Below, one piece after another: positions 17,036 to 26,253 of a stretch of DNA of 32,000 bases. The first letter of the stretch is position 1. Each line of letters opens with the position of its first letter. The notes below the pieces were generated by a model. It searched no databases, was not told where the DNA came from, and saw nothing but the letters and a program-made list of their open reading frames with translations. The stretch spans positions 70,809 through 102,808 of the forward strand of contig NZ_SNUY01000006.1 of the NCBI RefSeq assembly GCF_004376175.1, in the 5' to 3' direction. This DNA is from Halalkalibacterium halodurans (lineage in GTDB: Bacteria; Bacillota; Bacilli; Bacillales; Bacillaceae_D). The position numbers and the translations under genes were made by a program.

Positions 17036-18499
17036 ATGCTAGCAATGCCTGAAATCAATCATATCAAAAAGTTAAGGAATATAAAATCCCTATCGATCAA
17101 TGAAATCTCCAAACGTACTGGTTTTAGTTGGGTAACAGTTAAAAAATATGCGGATGATGATCAATTACCTACAGAAAAGATTCTTGAGAAAAAAGGCATG
17201 ATGTATGAAGAAAAGTGGGGAGAAATTGTAATTGACTGGCTCGTTGAAGATTATGCCCTCAAAAAGAAATCGAGAAGAAACAATAAAAATATATTTGAAG
17301 GGTTACAGAAATTAGGGTTTACCGGTTCTTATCGAACCGTTTGTAACTTCATTAAAGAAGAATGGAAAGAAAAAGTATTAGATGAATCGGATGAATTGAA
17401 AGAGGAATATGAAAGGCTAACCCATCCTCCCGCCGAAGCCCAAATAGATTTTGGCATTACCGAGGCAATTGAAGATGGACAAGCAAAGGACATCCATGCA
17501 CTAGTGATGAGTTTTCCATATAGTAACGCAGGTTTTACCGTTCCTCTGCCTGCAGAAAACCAGGAGTGCTTTTTAGAAGGTCTTAAAATACTCTTTAAAC
17601 AATCGGGATTCGTTCCAAGGAAACTTCGGTTAGATAACCTTTCAGCAGCAGTAGTAAAGGCAAGGGGGCGTGGGGAAGAAACTGTTTTCAATGAAGAGTT
17701 TCTTCGCTTTGCCAGCCATTATGGATTTGAGCCGCAAGCCTGTAATGCAAGAAAAGGAAATGAAAAAGGACATGTCGAAAACAAAGTGGGATATGTACGT
17801 TATAACTTTTTCACTCCTTCTCCTGTGATCAAAGATTTAACACACTTACGTGCTTTGTTATTTGACCAGAGTAAAAGGGATCAACAACGCCTCCATTATA
17901 AGAAGGATATCTTAATTGCAGATCTGTTTGAAGAGGAAAAGAATTATGGACTAGCTTTACCTGAGTCCGAGTATCCGGTATTTAAGCAATCAATGGTAAC
18001 CGCTAATAAATATGGTGAAGTAAAGGTTGATGGAGTGCTGGTCCATGTGCCTACAAGTTACCATTACGGTAAACTGCATTTGATTTTATATTGGGATCAC
18101 TATAAAGTCGTCACCCGCAACGGTGAAGTGCTCTCCAAAGGACCTAGACGGTATATGAATCAAACAAGGGAAATTCCGTGGCAATCCATCTTAAAAAATT
18201 GGAAACAGAAGCCACGATCCATTGTATATTCTCGGTATTTCCCCTACCTGCCCGGCAGAATTTCTTATTACTTAAACATTGAATCAATGAAATTAAGAAA
18301 AGAACGTGTAGAGTGGTTACTAAGCTTAATTGTAAATCATGATATGCAAGAAATAGACGAACGCTTCTATGAGTTACTACCAGAAGAAAAACAGTTTGAT
18401 GCGAGTCTGGATGATTCTACGAACCATCCTTATGATGTAAATTGGAGTATTTATGACTCCCTCCAGCCTACCGTTAAGGAGGGTGTATATCATGACTGA
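17036..18499 (+). CDS. istA: IS21-family transposase IstA
   Basis: 487 aa with an N-terminal HTH region (IKKLRNIKSLSINEISKRTGFSWVTVKKY). The DDE-type catalytic blocks are AEAQIDFG, LRLDNLSAAV and GNEKGHVENKVGYVRYNF. SD GGGAGG lies 8 nt upstream. Confidence 0.85.
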   Translation: MLAMPEINHIKKLRNIKSLSINEISKRTGFSWVTVKKYADDDQLPTEKILEKKGMMYEEKWGEIVIDWLVEDYALKKKSRRNNKNIFEGLQKLGFTGSYRTVCNFIKEEWKEKVLDESDELKEEYERLTHPPAEAQIDFGITEAIEDGQAKDIHALVMSFPYSNAGFTVPLPAENQECFLEGLKILFKQSGFVPRKLRLDNLSAAVVKARGRGEETVFNEEFLRFASHYGFEPQACNARKGNEKGHVENKVGYVRYNFFTPSPVIKDLTHLRALLFDQSKRDQQRLHYKKDILIADLFEEEKNYGLALPESEYPVFKQSMVTANKYGEVKVDGVLVHVPTSYHYGKLHLILYWDHYKVVTRNGEVLSKGPRRYMNQTREIPWQSILKNWKQKPRSIVYSRYFPYLPGRISYYLNIESMKLRKERVEWLLSLIVNHDMQEIDERFYELLPEEKQFDASLDDSTNHPYDVNWSIYDSLQPTVKEGVYHD

Positions 18500-19214
18500 T
18501 GCGATTAGAGAGAAATGTAAATTGCTTCGTTTAGCATATGTAGCCGACATGTACGAGAAGGTTCCTTTCGAGAATCCAGAACAATACTTGATAGATTTAC
18601 TACAACAAGAAATAGAGTTAAGGGAAATAGCAAAAGGAGAACGCCTAATTAAAAAGGCAAAATTCATGAATGAAAAGGAACTAGATGATTATCGTTGGGG
18701 CGAACATATTCATTTCCCAACAAATCTCGACAGAGATGGTCTGGAGTCCCTTTCATTTATCAAGAGAAAAGAGAATGTCATTCTATCCGGAGCGCCAGGA
18801 ACTGGGAAATCCCATTTGGCAACAGCATTGGGTCGTAAGGCTTGTAGAAACGGATATGAGGTCCGTTTCTACCGGGTAGCTGATTTAATAGACCTTTTGG
18901 AAAAGTCCTGGGCAGAAGGCCGATATCAACTATTACGTAACCGATTCAATAAAGTCGATATGATCATTCTTGATGAGATGGGATACGTGCCATTTAGTAA
19001 GGATGGAGCTGAGTTATTATTTCAATTGATTTCCGATTGGTATGAACAGAAAAGCCTTATTATTACGTCCAATTTAGAATTTAGTCAGTGGAATAAAATA
19101 TTTGTGGATGCACGGCTCACCGCTGCCTTGGTGGATCGAGTGATACATCACGCACATATTTTAAGTTTTACTGGCGATAGTTACCGTGTGAAACATGCAT
19201 TATCGAATCGCTAA
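18492..19214 (+). CDS. istB: IS21-family helper ATPase IstB
   Basis: Walker A GAPGTGKSHLATALG, Walker B MIILDEMGY, and a DnaC-like AAA+ fold. The likely start, ATG 18492 (MTDAIREK), overlaps the istA stop (ATGACTGA). The ORF is open from 18453. Confidence 0.88.
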   Translation: MTDAIREKCKLLRLAYVADMYEKVPFENPEQYLIDLLQQEIELREIAKGERLIKKAKFMNEKELDDYRWGEHIHFPTNLDRDGLESLSFIKRKENVILSGAPGTGKSHLATALGRKACRNGYEVRFYRVADLIDLLEKSWAEGRYQLLRNRFNKVDMIILDEMGYVPFSKDGAELLFQLISDWYEQKSLIITSNLEFSQWNKIFVDARLTAALVDRVIHHAHILSFTGDSYRVKHALSNR

Positions 19215-19265
19215 TTAGAAAGAAAGTAAGGGCTGGCAAAGTTCTAAACTTTTCATTGCATTCTT

Positions 19266-20945
19266 CTAAACTTTTTGCTTGCAAAATACACCAAAAATAG
19301 TAAGTAAAAAGGTTCCAAGCAAATAATAAGTGCTTGGAACCTTTTTTGTGGAGTTTTTCTTATTTCCTGGCCCTATGTCACCGTTCGTGGCCGTGTACTT
19401 TCTCAAGTTCACGGCCATAAATGCAAACCCCAATTCATTTTTCACTTTATCTTTGCCTCTGACGGACATTCGAGTGAAACCCAAATTAGCCTTCAGAAAA
19501 CCGAACACTGGTTCTACTTCAACTTTTCGTTTCCTGTAAATTTCACCAGTTTTCTCGTCTGAAAGCTTCATACGTATATTTTCTTTTTGAGATTCCCACT
19601 TTTCATTAATGTAGACTTTTCGATTGTTGCCTTCTTTTGCTTTCGTGCACAGTTCGCGGAATGGACAGCCTGAACAATCTTCACATTCGTACACTTTAAA
19701 TTCCCGTGTGAATCCGTACCTGTCTGTTCGTTTGGACTGATGGCTAAACCATACTTTTTGACCATTTGGACATCGGAAAGCGTCCTCTTCCTCATTATAA
19801 TCCCAATTGTCTACATGAAAAGCATTGTCTTTGTGTTTCCTTTTCTTTTCCTTTCGATACTGATTGTATGTAATAAGTGGCGTTCGATTTCGATTCTCAA
19901 TGATTTCTTCATAGTTCTGTTCGCTTCCGTATCCTGCATCTGCAACGATATATTCTGGTAATTCGAAGAAATCTTCTATCGTTTGAAGAAATGGAATCAA
20001 GGTGCGTGTATCTGTTGGATTTGGAAAAACATCGTAAGCGAGTGCGTATTGACCTTCTGTCGCAAGTTGTACATTATAACCAGCTTTCAATTGACCGTTC
20101 TTCATGTAATCGTCCTTCATCCGCATAAACGTCGCATCAGGATCAGTTTTTGAATAGCTATTGCGTTCGCCGAAAGTCTCCATATCTTTTTGATACTTTT
20201 GTTTACGAGCAATGAAATCCATGAACTGCTTACGAGCTTGTTTTGGTGCTTTACGTTCAGCGCGAATGTTCTTCCGTTCACTGCCGACCTCACAAGCTTC
20301 AATTTTTTTATCATATTCGCTGACTGTTTCGTCTAACTTTTTGACCACTTCTTCCATTTCTTTAACGGTTAGTTCTTCTTTACTTTCTCGTTCTATCGCT
20401 GGGATAATTTCCTTTTCCAATAATTCATCATACAGTTGGTTGGACTTTTCTATTAATTTTTCACTATATTGTTCGACGGATTTTCTCCATACAAAGGTAA
20501 ATTTGTTTGCGTTCGCTTCAATCTTCGTACCATCAATAAAAATTGCTTCTTCTTCAATCAACTCCTTTTCCACGAGTTGATTACGGAATTGGACAAAACA
20601 TTCGCGCAGTAATTTTTCAATAAGTGGATTGGAACGGAAACGATTAATCGTCCGATAGCTCGGCTCATTTCCTTGGGCTAACCACATCATCCGAATACTG
20701 TCTTGGAGCAACGCTTCTATCTTACGACCAGAAAACACAGATTGTGTATACCCACACAAAATAACTTTTAACATCATACGAGGATGATAGGCAGGACGTC
20801 CAGTTTGGCGTAAGAAATCTTTGAATGCTTCCTCTGGTATGCTCTCTACAAGGTCATTAATCGCAAAAGCAATATCATTTTCTTGTAATTTTATTTCTAA
20901 ATCTAGCGGCAAAACAATTTGATTCATGGTATACTGTTTAAACAT
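19266..20945 (-). CDS. IS1182-family DDE transposase (copy B); last ~9 codons read into the IS21 end
   Basis: 559 aa with the same motif layout as copy A (GRPAYHPRMMLKVILCGYTQ, DGTKIEANANKFTF, DPDATFMRMKDDYMKNGQLKAGYNVQLATE, ADAGYGSEQNY, YECEDCSGCPFRELC, RKRKVEVEPVFGFLKANLGFTRMSVRG). By eye it is roughly 40-45 percent identical to copy A. SD GGAGGTG lies 5 nt before the ATG. Confidence 0.85.
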   Translation of the reverse strand: MFKQYTMNQIVLPLDLEIKLQENDIAFAINDLVESIPEEAFKDFLRQTGRPAYHPRMMLKVILCGYTQSVFSGRKIEALLQDSIRMMWLAQGNEPSYRTINRFRSNPLIEKLLRECFVQFRNQLVEKELIEEEAIFIDGTKIEANANKFTFVWRKSVEQYSEKLIEKSNQLYDELLEKEIIPAIERESKEELTVKEMEEVVKKLDETVSEYDKKIEACEVGSERKNIRAERKAPKQARKQFMDFIARKQKYQKDMETFGERNSYSKTDPDATFMRMKDDYMKNGQLKAGYNVQLATEGQYALAYDVFPNPTDTRTLIPFLQTIEDFFELPEYIVADAGYGSEQNYEEIIENRNRTPLITYNQYRKEKKRKHKDNAFHVDNWDYNEEEDAFRCPNGQKVWFSHQSKRTDRYGFTREFKVYECEDCSGCPFRELCTKAKEGNNRKVYINEKWESQKENIRMKLSDEKTGEIYRKRKVEVEPVFGFLKANLGFTRMSVRGKDKVKNELGFAFMAVNLRKYTATNGDIGPGNKKNSTKKVPSTYYLLGTFLLTIFGVFCKQKV

Positions 20946-21002
20946 AAGGACACCTCCAAAAATTATTGTTTAGTCACTTTAATTTTATCAAAAGGTGTCC
21001 TT
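20946..21002 (-). promoter_or_regulatory. Perfect 10-bp inverted repeat able to sequester the transposase-B ribosome-binding site
   Basis: AAGGACACCT (20946-20955) and AGGTGTCCTT (20993-21002) are exact reverse complements, separated by 37 nt. On the minus-strand RNA the downstream arm contains the SD (GGAGGTGTCCTT then ATG). Confidence 0.5.
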
Positions 21003-21021
21003 TTGGTTTACACAAAATACG

Positions 21022-21079
21022 AATAAAAAGGCGTGAAGCCTACACTTTTTAGTGTAAGCTCCTACGCCTTATTTTTTTA
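21022..21079. terminator. Interrupted hairpin flanked by A/T runs at the outer end of IS-B (possible bidirectional terminator)
   Basis: The sequence is aataaaaa GGCGTgaagccTACACTttttAGTGTAagctcctACGCC ttattttttta. It forms 5-bp and 6-bp helices with an internal loop. It is the first terminator-like structure downstream of codY on the minus strand. Confidence 0.35.
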
Positions 21080-21119
21080 TTTCCTGGGGTTTTGTCCCAG
21101 CCCCTTTTTTACAAAAGTT

Positions 21120-21905
21120 TTAGCTAGCTTTAATTTTCTCTAACTCAACTAAAAATTTATCATTCAACACTTTAATGTAGGTCCCTTTCATCCCTAGTGA
21201 GCGCGATTCAATAACACCAGCGCTCTCAAGCTTTCTCAAGGCGTTAACAATCACTGAACGTGTAATACCGACACGGTCTGCAATTTTACTAGCGACAAGT
21301 AAGCCTTCCTTACCATCCAGCTCTTCAAAAATGTGCTCAACCGCTTCGAGCTCACTATAGGATAATGAGCTAATCGCCATTTGCACAACTGCTTTGCTTC
21401 GTGCTTCCTCTTCAATCTCTTGCGTCTTCTCATGAAGAATTTCCATTCCTACAACCGTTGCACCGTATTCTGCAAGGATGAGGTCATCATCGTTAAACGA
21501 ATCGTTGAGACGTGCCAAAATCAAAGTTCCGAGGCGTTGTCCTCCCCCTGAAATAGGAACGATCGTCGTCAATCCTGTTTTAAATAATTCTTTATTTTCA
21601 ACTGGGAAAGCCGTGAATTCGCTATTAATATCTAGGTTAGCAGATGTTTCTTCAACCTTGAATAGGCCTGTCGTATATTCTTCTGGGAATTGACGGTCCT
21701 CAAGCATCTTTTTCATTCGCTCGTTTTCAATCTCTTGCTTTATCGCAAAGCCTAGTAGCTTTCCCCGACGGCTTACAACAAAAATATTTGCACTAATAAC
21801 ATCGCGCAACGTTTCAGCCATTTCGCGGAAGTTTACGTGTTGAACCCCAGATTTTTGTAACATGTCATTAATTTTACGCATTCTTGATAATAAACTCATT
21901 TCCAT
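21120..21905 (-). CDS. codY: GTP/BCAA-sensing global transcriptional regulator CodY
   Basis: 261 aa, near-collinear with B. subtilis CodY ([28 protein letters not shown]..., w[47 protein letters not shown]). ATG 21905 lies 8 nt after AGGAGGAG. Confidence 0.97.
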   Translation of the reverse strand: MEMSLLSRMRKINDMLQKSGVQHVNFREMAETLRDVISANIFVVSRRGKLLGFAIKQEIENERMKKMLEDRQFPEEYTTGLFKVEETSANLDINSEFTAFPVENKELFKTGLTTIVPISGGGQRLGTLILARLNDSFNDDDLILAEYGATVVGMEILHEKTQEIEEEARSKAVVQMAISSLSYSELEAVEHIFEELDGKEGLLVASKIADRVGITRSVIVNALRKLESAGVIESRSLGMKGTYIKVLNDKFLVELEKIKAS

Positions 21906-21934
21906 TTGTTAATCTCCTCCTAGTTATTACATCG

Positions 21935-23335
21935 TCATAAAATGTATTGACTTAAATCTCGATTTTTTGCAATGGCCGCTAGCTTCTCTGTTACATACTC
22001 TGGTGTGATGACTATTTCCTCTAAATTTACATCCGGTGCTTCAAATGACAAATCTTCAAGCAACCGTTCAAGAAGCGTGTGCAGTCGTCTCGCTCCGATA
22101 TTTTCTGTCTCCTGATTTACTTCTGTTGCAATCGTCGCAATCTTATGAACAGCTTCGTCAGTAAACACGATTTTTATACCTTCTGTTTCCAATAGAGCAG
22201 CATATTGCTTCAATAACGCATTGTCAGGTTCAACTAAAATACGGACAAAATCATCCACCGTTAAATTACTCAACTCCACACGAATCGGGAATCGCCCTTG
22301 CAGCTCTGGAATGAGGTCGGAAGGTTTGGCTACATGGAAAGCGCCGGCTCCAATAAACAGCATGTGATCGGTTGATACCGGTCCGTACTTCGTTACAACC
22401 GTGGAACCTTCAACGATTGGCAAAATATCACGCTGCACTCCTTCACGGGACACATCGGCACTCTGTTGTCCTTTTCCAGCAATTTTGTCGATTTCGTCTA
22501 TAAACACAATTCCCAATTGTTCCGCTTTTGAAACAGCTTCTTGGGTCACTTCATCCATGTCAATCAACTTCTGTGCCTCTTCTTCTGTCAGCACCCTCCG
22601 TGCTTCGCGTACAGTGAGTTTACGTTTTTTCCGTTTTTTCGGCATCATATTCCCTAACATTTCTTGCATATTCATCCCCATTTGTTCCATTCCAGAACCT
22701 TGGAGCATATCAAAAAATTGCGGTGTCTGTTCTTCCACTTCAACCGTCACATAGTGGTCTTCCAGTTCACCAAGTGCAAGTTGATGACTCATTCGTCGTC
22801 GCCGCTCCGTCAATGTGTCTTGCTCCGCCGACGTTTCCTGATGGTCCGTATTTTCTTGCTGCTGACCAAAGAGCATCTCTAGAGGATTTTTATATGCTTG
22901 TGTTTTTTTCTTTGCTGGTACGAGCAGCTCAACAATCCGCTGGTTGGCTTGTTCTTCCGCCTGCTTTTTAACATCCTTCATCTTTTCTTCTTTTACGAGG
23001 CGAACTGAGGTTTCTACAAGATCACGAATCATCGATTCCACATCTCTACCCACATAGCCAACTTCTGTAAACTTTGTCGCTTCTACTTTGACAAATGGTG
23101 CACCTACAAGCTTCGCTAACCTTCTTGCAATCTCTGTTTTCCCAACTCCTGTTGGACCAATCATTAATATGTTCTTTGGTGTAATTTCGTCCCGGAGTTT
23201 ATCTTCTAGTTGGAAGCGTCGATAACGGTTTCGCAGCGCAATCGCGACAGATCGCTTCGCACCTTCTTGACCTACGATATACTGATCGAGCCGTTCAACA
23301 ATTTGTCTTGGTGTAAGAACGCTTTTCAATTTCAT
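21935..23335 (-). CDS. hslU: ATP-dependent protease ATPase subunit HslU (ClpY/CodX)
   Basis: [34 protein letters not shown], Walker [16 protein letters not shown] and Walker [10 protein letters not shown] are present. The ORF-track start 23392 overlaps hslV. ATG 23335 ([13 protein letters not shown]) matches the length of the B. subtilis ClpY N-terminus. Confidence 0.95.
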   Translation of the reverse strand: MKLKSVLTPRQIVERLDQYIVGQEGAKRSVAIALRNRYRRFQLEDKLRDEITPKNILMIGPTGVGKTEIARRLAKLVGAPFVKVEATKFTEVGYVGRDVESMIRDLVETSVRLVKEEKMKDVKKQAEEQANQRIVELLVPAKKKTQAYKNPLEMLFGQQQENTDHQETSAEQDTLTERRRRMSHQLALGELEDHYVTVEVEEQTPQFFDMLQGSGMEQMGMNMQEMLGNMMPKKRKKRKLTVREARRVLTEEEAQKLIDMDEVTQEAVSKAEQLGIVFIDEIDKIAGKGQQSADVSREGVQRDILPIVEGSTVVTKYGPVSTDHMLFIGAGAFHVAKPSDLIPELQGRFPIRVELSNLTVDDFVRILVEPDNALLKQYAALLETEGIKIVFTDEAVHKIATIATEVNQETENIGARRLHTLLERLLEDLSFEAPDVNLEEIVITPEYVTEKLAAIAKNRDLSQYIL

Positions 23336-23375
23336 CACCCTCCAAACATCTTCTTTCCAAGCCATGGCGTTAGGT

Positions 23376-23918
23376 TTACAGTTCTTCCACAATCAATTGA
23401 TCATTCGTATAAACGCAAATGTCTCCAGCTGTCTCAAGAGCTGCTTGGGCGATTTCTCTAGCTGATAATTGCGGAGCCTTTTTCTTCAGGGCGCGGCCGG
23501 CCGCTAACGCATAATTCCCTCCAGAGCCGATCGCTAAAATACCGTCATCTGGCTCGATCACTTCTCCCGTTCCTGAGACGAGTAACAAATGCTCTTCGTT
23601 CATGACGATAAGCATTGCCTCCAACCGACGAAGAACTTTATCGCTACGCCATTCTTTTGCGACCTCAACAGCAGATCGCTGTAAGTTGCCATTGAATTCT
23701 TCTAGCTTCGCTTCAAATTTTTCAAACAATGTGAACGCGTCGGCAACAGAACCTGCAAAACCAGCTAACACTTTGCCATGATAGATTTTACGTACTTTCC
23801 TTGCTGTATGTTTCATAACCACGGCATTTCCAAATGTGACTTGGCCATCGCCTGCCATCGCACATTTCCCATTATGATGGATGGCAAAAATAGTCGTTGC
23901 ATGGAATGTCATTTCCAT
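23376..23918 (-). CDS. hslV: ATP-dependent protease subunit HslV (ClpQ/CodW)
   Basis: 180 aa. [70 protein letters not shown] is almost identical to B. subtilis ClpQ. SD AAGGAGG. Confidence 0.96.
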   Translation of the reverse strand: MEMTFHATTIFAIHHNGKCAMAGDGQVTFGNAVVMKHTARKVRKIYHGKVLAGFAGSVADAFTLFEKFEAKLEEFNGNLQRSAVEVAKEWRSDKVLRRLEAMLIVMNEEHLLLVSGTGEVIEPDDGILAIGSGGNYALAAGRALKKKAPQLSAREIAQAALETAGDICVYTNDQLIVEEL

Positions 23919-23970
23919 TCGTTAAGCCTCCTTACGAAATAAATTACGGCTTTCATGTACTCTACCTATT

Positions 23971-24885
23971 TTATGCGCGTGGGTGATGAGTTCGATATAC
24001 GTCCCTTAATCGATCCTTCGTTACATGTGTATACACTTGTGTCGTTGATAAGTTCTCGTGGCCAAGCAAATCTTGAACGACGCGAAGGTCAGCCCCATTG
24101 TTCAACAAATGAGTGGCGAACGAATGGCGCAAAGAATGCGGGCTTACGCGAGTAGAGAGAGCCGCCTGGTCAAGAGCCTGGTGCAAAATTTTTCGCACTC
24201 CTCGTTCTGTAAGGGGACCGCCCCGGTAATTTAGGAATAAATCGCCGGGAAGATCTACACTTTTACTTTTTTTTAGCAGCTTTTCTCTCCCATTTTCTAT
24301 GTACTCTTGGATGGCGTCACACGCAAATGAGCCGATTGGAACGTAGCGCTCTTTTCGTCCTTTCCCAAAAACAAAGACGGTACCTAGGGAAAGGTCTACA
24401 TCTTGAAGCTTCAGTCCACAACATTCACTTACACGCAAGCCCGAAGCATAAATTGTTTCAAACAAGGCTCGGTTTCGTAATTGCAATGGTGAGTCTCCGT
24501 TTAGTGCATCAAGTAACTGCTCCATTTCCTCTTCATAAAGAAAGGAGGGAAGTTTTTTCACCCCTTTTGGCGTATGGGCTAGCAAAAATGGGTTTTCCAT
24601 CACCCATTTTTCCCGGACGAGAAATTGATAAAAGCTTCTTAACGTGGAAAGTTTTCGTGAAACGGTGGATCTCGCATATTCCTGTTCATAAAGAACGGTT
24701 AAATAGTGGCGTACAAATGCATAAGAAACAGCAGCAAACGATGGGATTGACTGCTGCTCCATAAAGTCACGAAAATGCCTTAAATCTAACTCATAATTTA
24801 TGATCGTATGAGGAGAATGATTTTTTTCCATTTTCAAATAAAGAAGAAAAGCCGAGACCCATTGATCGTTTCGAATTTCCACCAT
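23971..24885 (-). CDS. xerC: Tyrosine site-specific recombinase XerC (CodV)
   Basis: 304 aa with the catalytic pattern R...HxLRHSFATHLL...LGH...Y ([47 protein letters not shown]). It is the first gene of the conserved codV-clpQ-clpY-codY operon. Confidence 0.9.
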   Translation of the reverse strand: MVEIRNDQWVSAFLLYLKMEKNHSPHTIINYELDLRHFRDFMEQQSIPSFAAVSYAFVRHYLTVLYEQEYARSTVSRKLSTLRSFYQFLVREKWVMENPFLLAHTPKGVKKLPSFLYEEEMEQLLDALNGDSPLQLRNRALFETIYASGLRVSECCGLKLQDVDLSLGTVFVFGKGRKERYVPIGSFACDAIQEYIENGREKLLKKSKSVDLPGDLFLNYRGGPLTERGVRKILHQALDQAALSTRVSPHSLRHSFATHLLNNGADLRVVQDLLGHENLSTTQVYTHVTKDRLRDVYRTHHPRA

Positions 24886-24910
24886 TGACCACCTCTTTTA
24901 AAGCTTTTAA

Positions 24911-24939
24911 ATTCTAACATATGTTTCGTCAGGGGGCAA
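24911..24939 (-). promoter_or_regulatory. Candidate sigA promoter of the xerC-hslVU-codY operon with an extended -10
   Basis: The minus strand reads TTGCCC (24939->24934), then 17 nt, then TGtTAGAAT (-10 at 24916->24911, with a TG at -15/-14). It lies in the 60-bp gap between the trmFO stop and the xerC start. Confidence 0.5.
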
Positions 24940-24945
24940 TACTAT

Positions 24946-26253
24946 TTACATTTTTTTCACAAAATTCTGAATTGATTCTAGTGCCCGCCCAGCTAACGTT
25001 TCATAGCGTATTTTTTTATCCTTGATCCGGGTATCAAGAGGTGGTAGTAAGCCAAAGTTGGCATTCATAGGCTGGAAATTTTTCGAATTGGCTGTTGTAA
25101 TGTAATTCGCCATGCTTCCTAGCATCGTCGTATCTGGGAATACAACGAGCTCTTTGCCTTGGACGAGACGTGCCGCATTGAGACCTGCGACAAGACCGGC
25201 TGCCGCGGATTCCACGTACCCTTCAACCCCTGTAATCTGTCCAGCAAAGAAAAGATCTTTCCGCTTCTTGTATTGATAGGTTGGCTTTAATAAGTTAGGT
25301 GAATTAATAAACGTATTGCGATGCATGACACCGTAGCGGACGATCTCTGCGTTTTCTAACCCTGGAATTAATTGAATCACTTCTTTTTGCGGCCCCCACT
25401 TTAAATGGGTTTGGAAGCCGACAATATTATACAGTGTCCCCGACTGGTTGTCTTGTCGTAATTGCACGACTGCGTACGGGCGCTTACCTGTTTTTGGGTC
25501 CTCTAAACCGACTGGCTTCATCGGTCCGAATAGAAGCGTCTTTTTCCCTCGTTTGGCCATAACTTCAACAGGCATACAGCCTTCAAAGAAAACTTCCTTT
25601 TCGAACTCTTTTAAAGGGACCGTCTCTGCAGAGGTGAGAGCCTCATAAAACCGATCAAACTCCTCCTCTGTCATCGGACAATTTAAATAGGCTGCTTCTC
25701 CTTTATCATAACGCGACTTGAGGTAGACTTTGTCCATATTAATTGAATCGGTTTCAATTATAGGAGCGGCTGCGTCGTAAAAGTATAAGTATTCTTCACC
25801 GGTTAATTGTTTTAGCTGCTCGGATAATGCTTTTGACGTTAACGGGCCTGTCGCTATGACCGTTGGTCCATCAGGGATCTTTTGAATTTCCTCGGTAAAA
25901 ACCGTTACATTCGGGTGCTCTCGTACCGCTTCGGTAACCGCTTGCGCAAATTCATGACGATCCACAGCTAGAGCTCCCCCTGCTGGAACCGAGCAACGGT
26001 CAGCTGAACGGATAATAACCGAATTCAAACGCCGCATCTCTTCTTTCAACACACCAACTGCATTCGTCAAACTATTTCCACGCAGCGAATTGCTGCAGAC
26101 AAGCTCTGCAAATTTATCCGTATGATGGGCAGGTGTTTGCTTCACTGGACGCATCTCGTATAGGTAGACAGCGATTCCCCGCTCAGCGATTTGCCATGCA
26201 GCTTCACTTCCAGCCAACCCTGCTCCGATAACATTAATATGTGGCGTAGACAT
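24946..26253 (-). CDS. trmFO: Folate-dependent tRNA (m5U54) methyltransferase TrmFO (Gid)
   Basis: It has the FAD-binding motif [21 protein letters not shown] and is GidA-related throughout. ATG 26253 ([10 protein letters not shown]) lies 5 nt after AAGGAGG. The ORF-track start 26289 lacks an SD. Confidence 0.93.
   Translation of the reverse strand: MSTPHINVIGAGLAGSEAAWQIAERGIAVYLYEMRPVKQTPAHHTDKFAELVCSNSLRGNSLTNAVGVLKEEMRRLNSVIIRSADRCSVPAGGALAVDRHEFAQAVTEAVREHPNVTVFTEEIQKIPDGPTVIATGPLTSKALSEQLKQLTGEEYLYFYDAAAPIIETDSINMDKVYLKSRYDKGEAAYLNCPMTEEEFDRFYEALTSAETVPLKEFEKEVFFEGCMPVEVMAKRGKKTLLFGPMKPVGLEDPKTGKRPYAVVQLRQDNQSGTLYNIVGFQTHLKWGPQKEVIQLIPGLENAEIVRYGVMHRNTFINSPNLLKPTYQYKKRKDLFFAGQITGVEGYVESAAAGLVAGLNAARLVQGKELVVFPDTTMLGSMANYITTANSKNFQPMNANFGLLPPLDTRIKDKKIRYETLAGRALESIQNFVKKM

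Larger units (their letters stand above)
16924..19280 (+). mobile_element. IS21-family insertion sequence (istA + istB), nested in IS1182-like copy B
   Basis: istA and istB overlap in the typical ATGA arrangement. The long multipartite terminal repeats are left 16924-16978 (GTATTGCAACCAAAATGTTAGAAGGTTGCAC...GGCTTGCCAGCCC) and the reverse complement of 19229-19280 (GTATTTTGCAAGCAAAAAGTTTAGAAGAATGCA...CTTTGCCAGCCC). Exact termini are uncertain by about 10 bp, and I could not identify a target-site duplication. Confidence 0.7.
16868..21112 (-). mobile_element. IS1182-family insertion sequence, copy B, interrupted by a nested IS21-family element (~1.89 kb of own sequence)
   Basis: The terminal inverted repeats are GTAAAAGAGGCTGGGACAAAAC (16868-16889) and the reverse complement of 21089-21112, GTAAAAAAGGGGCTGGGACAAAAC. 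They lie 4.2 kb apart. Removing the IS21-like insert (about 16924-19280) leaves about 1.89 kb, similar to copy A. Confidence 0.65.

Noticed and set aside
17036-19214. An AAA+ ATPase (IstB) next to a large unknown-looking protein (IstA) as a possible defence or novel two-gene system
   Set aside because: The pair has the canonical IS21 organisation: an HTH plus DDE IstA, a DnaC-like IstB, overlapping ATGA junction and long multipartite terminal inverted repeats. It is a mobile element, not a defence module.
23336-23392. N-terminal extension of hslU ([19 protein letters not shown]), with similar extensions of trmFO (26254-26289), ylxF (8058-8105) and fliY (2714-2731)
   Set aside because: The extensions overlap upstream genes or lack an SD. 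The internal ATG in each case has a good SD and reproduces the N-terminus and length of the B. subtilis ortholog.
23971-24885. A tyrosine recombinase as a possible marker of a prophage or genomic island boundary
   Set aside because: It is the XerC/CodV-type recombinase in its conserved position at the head of the codV-clpQ-clpY-codY operon. No att-like repeats or phage genes are adjacent.
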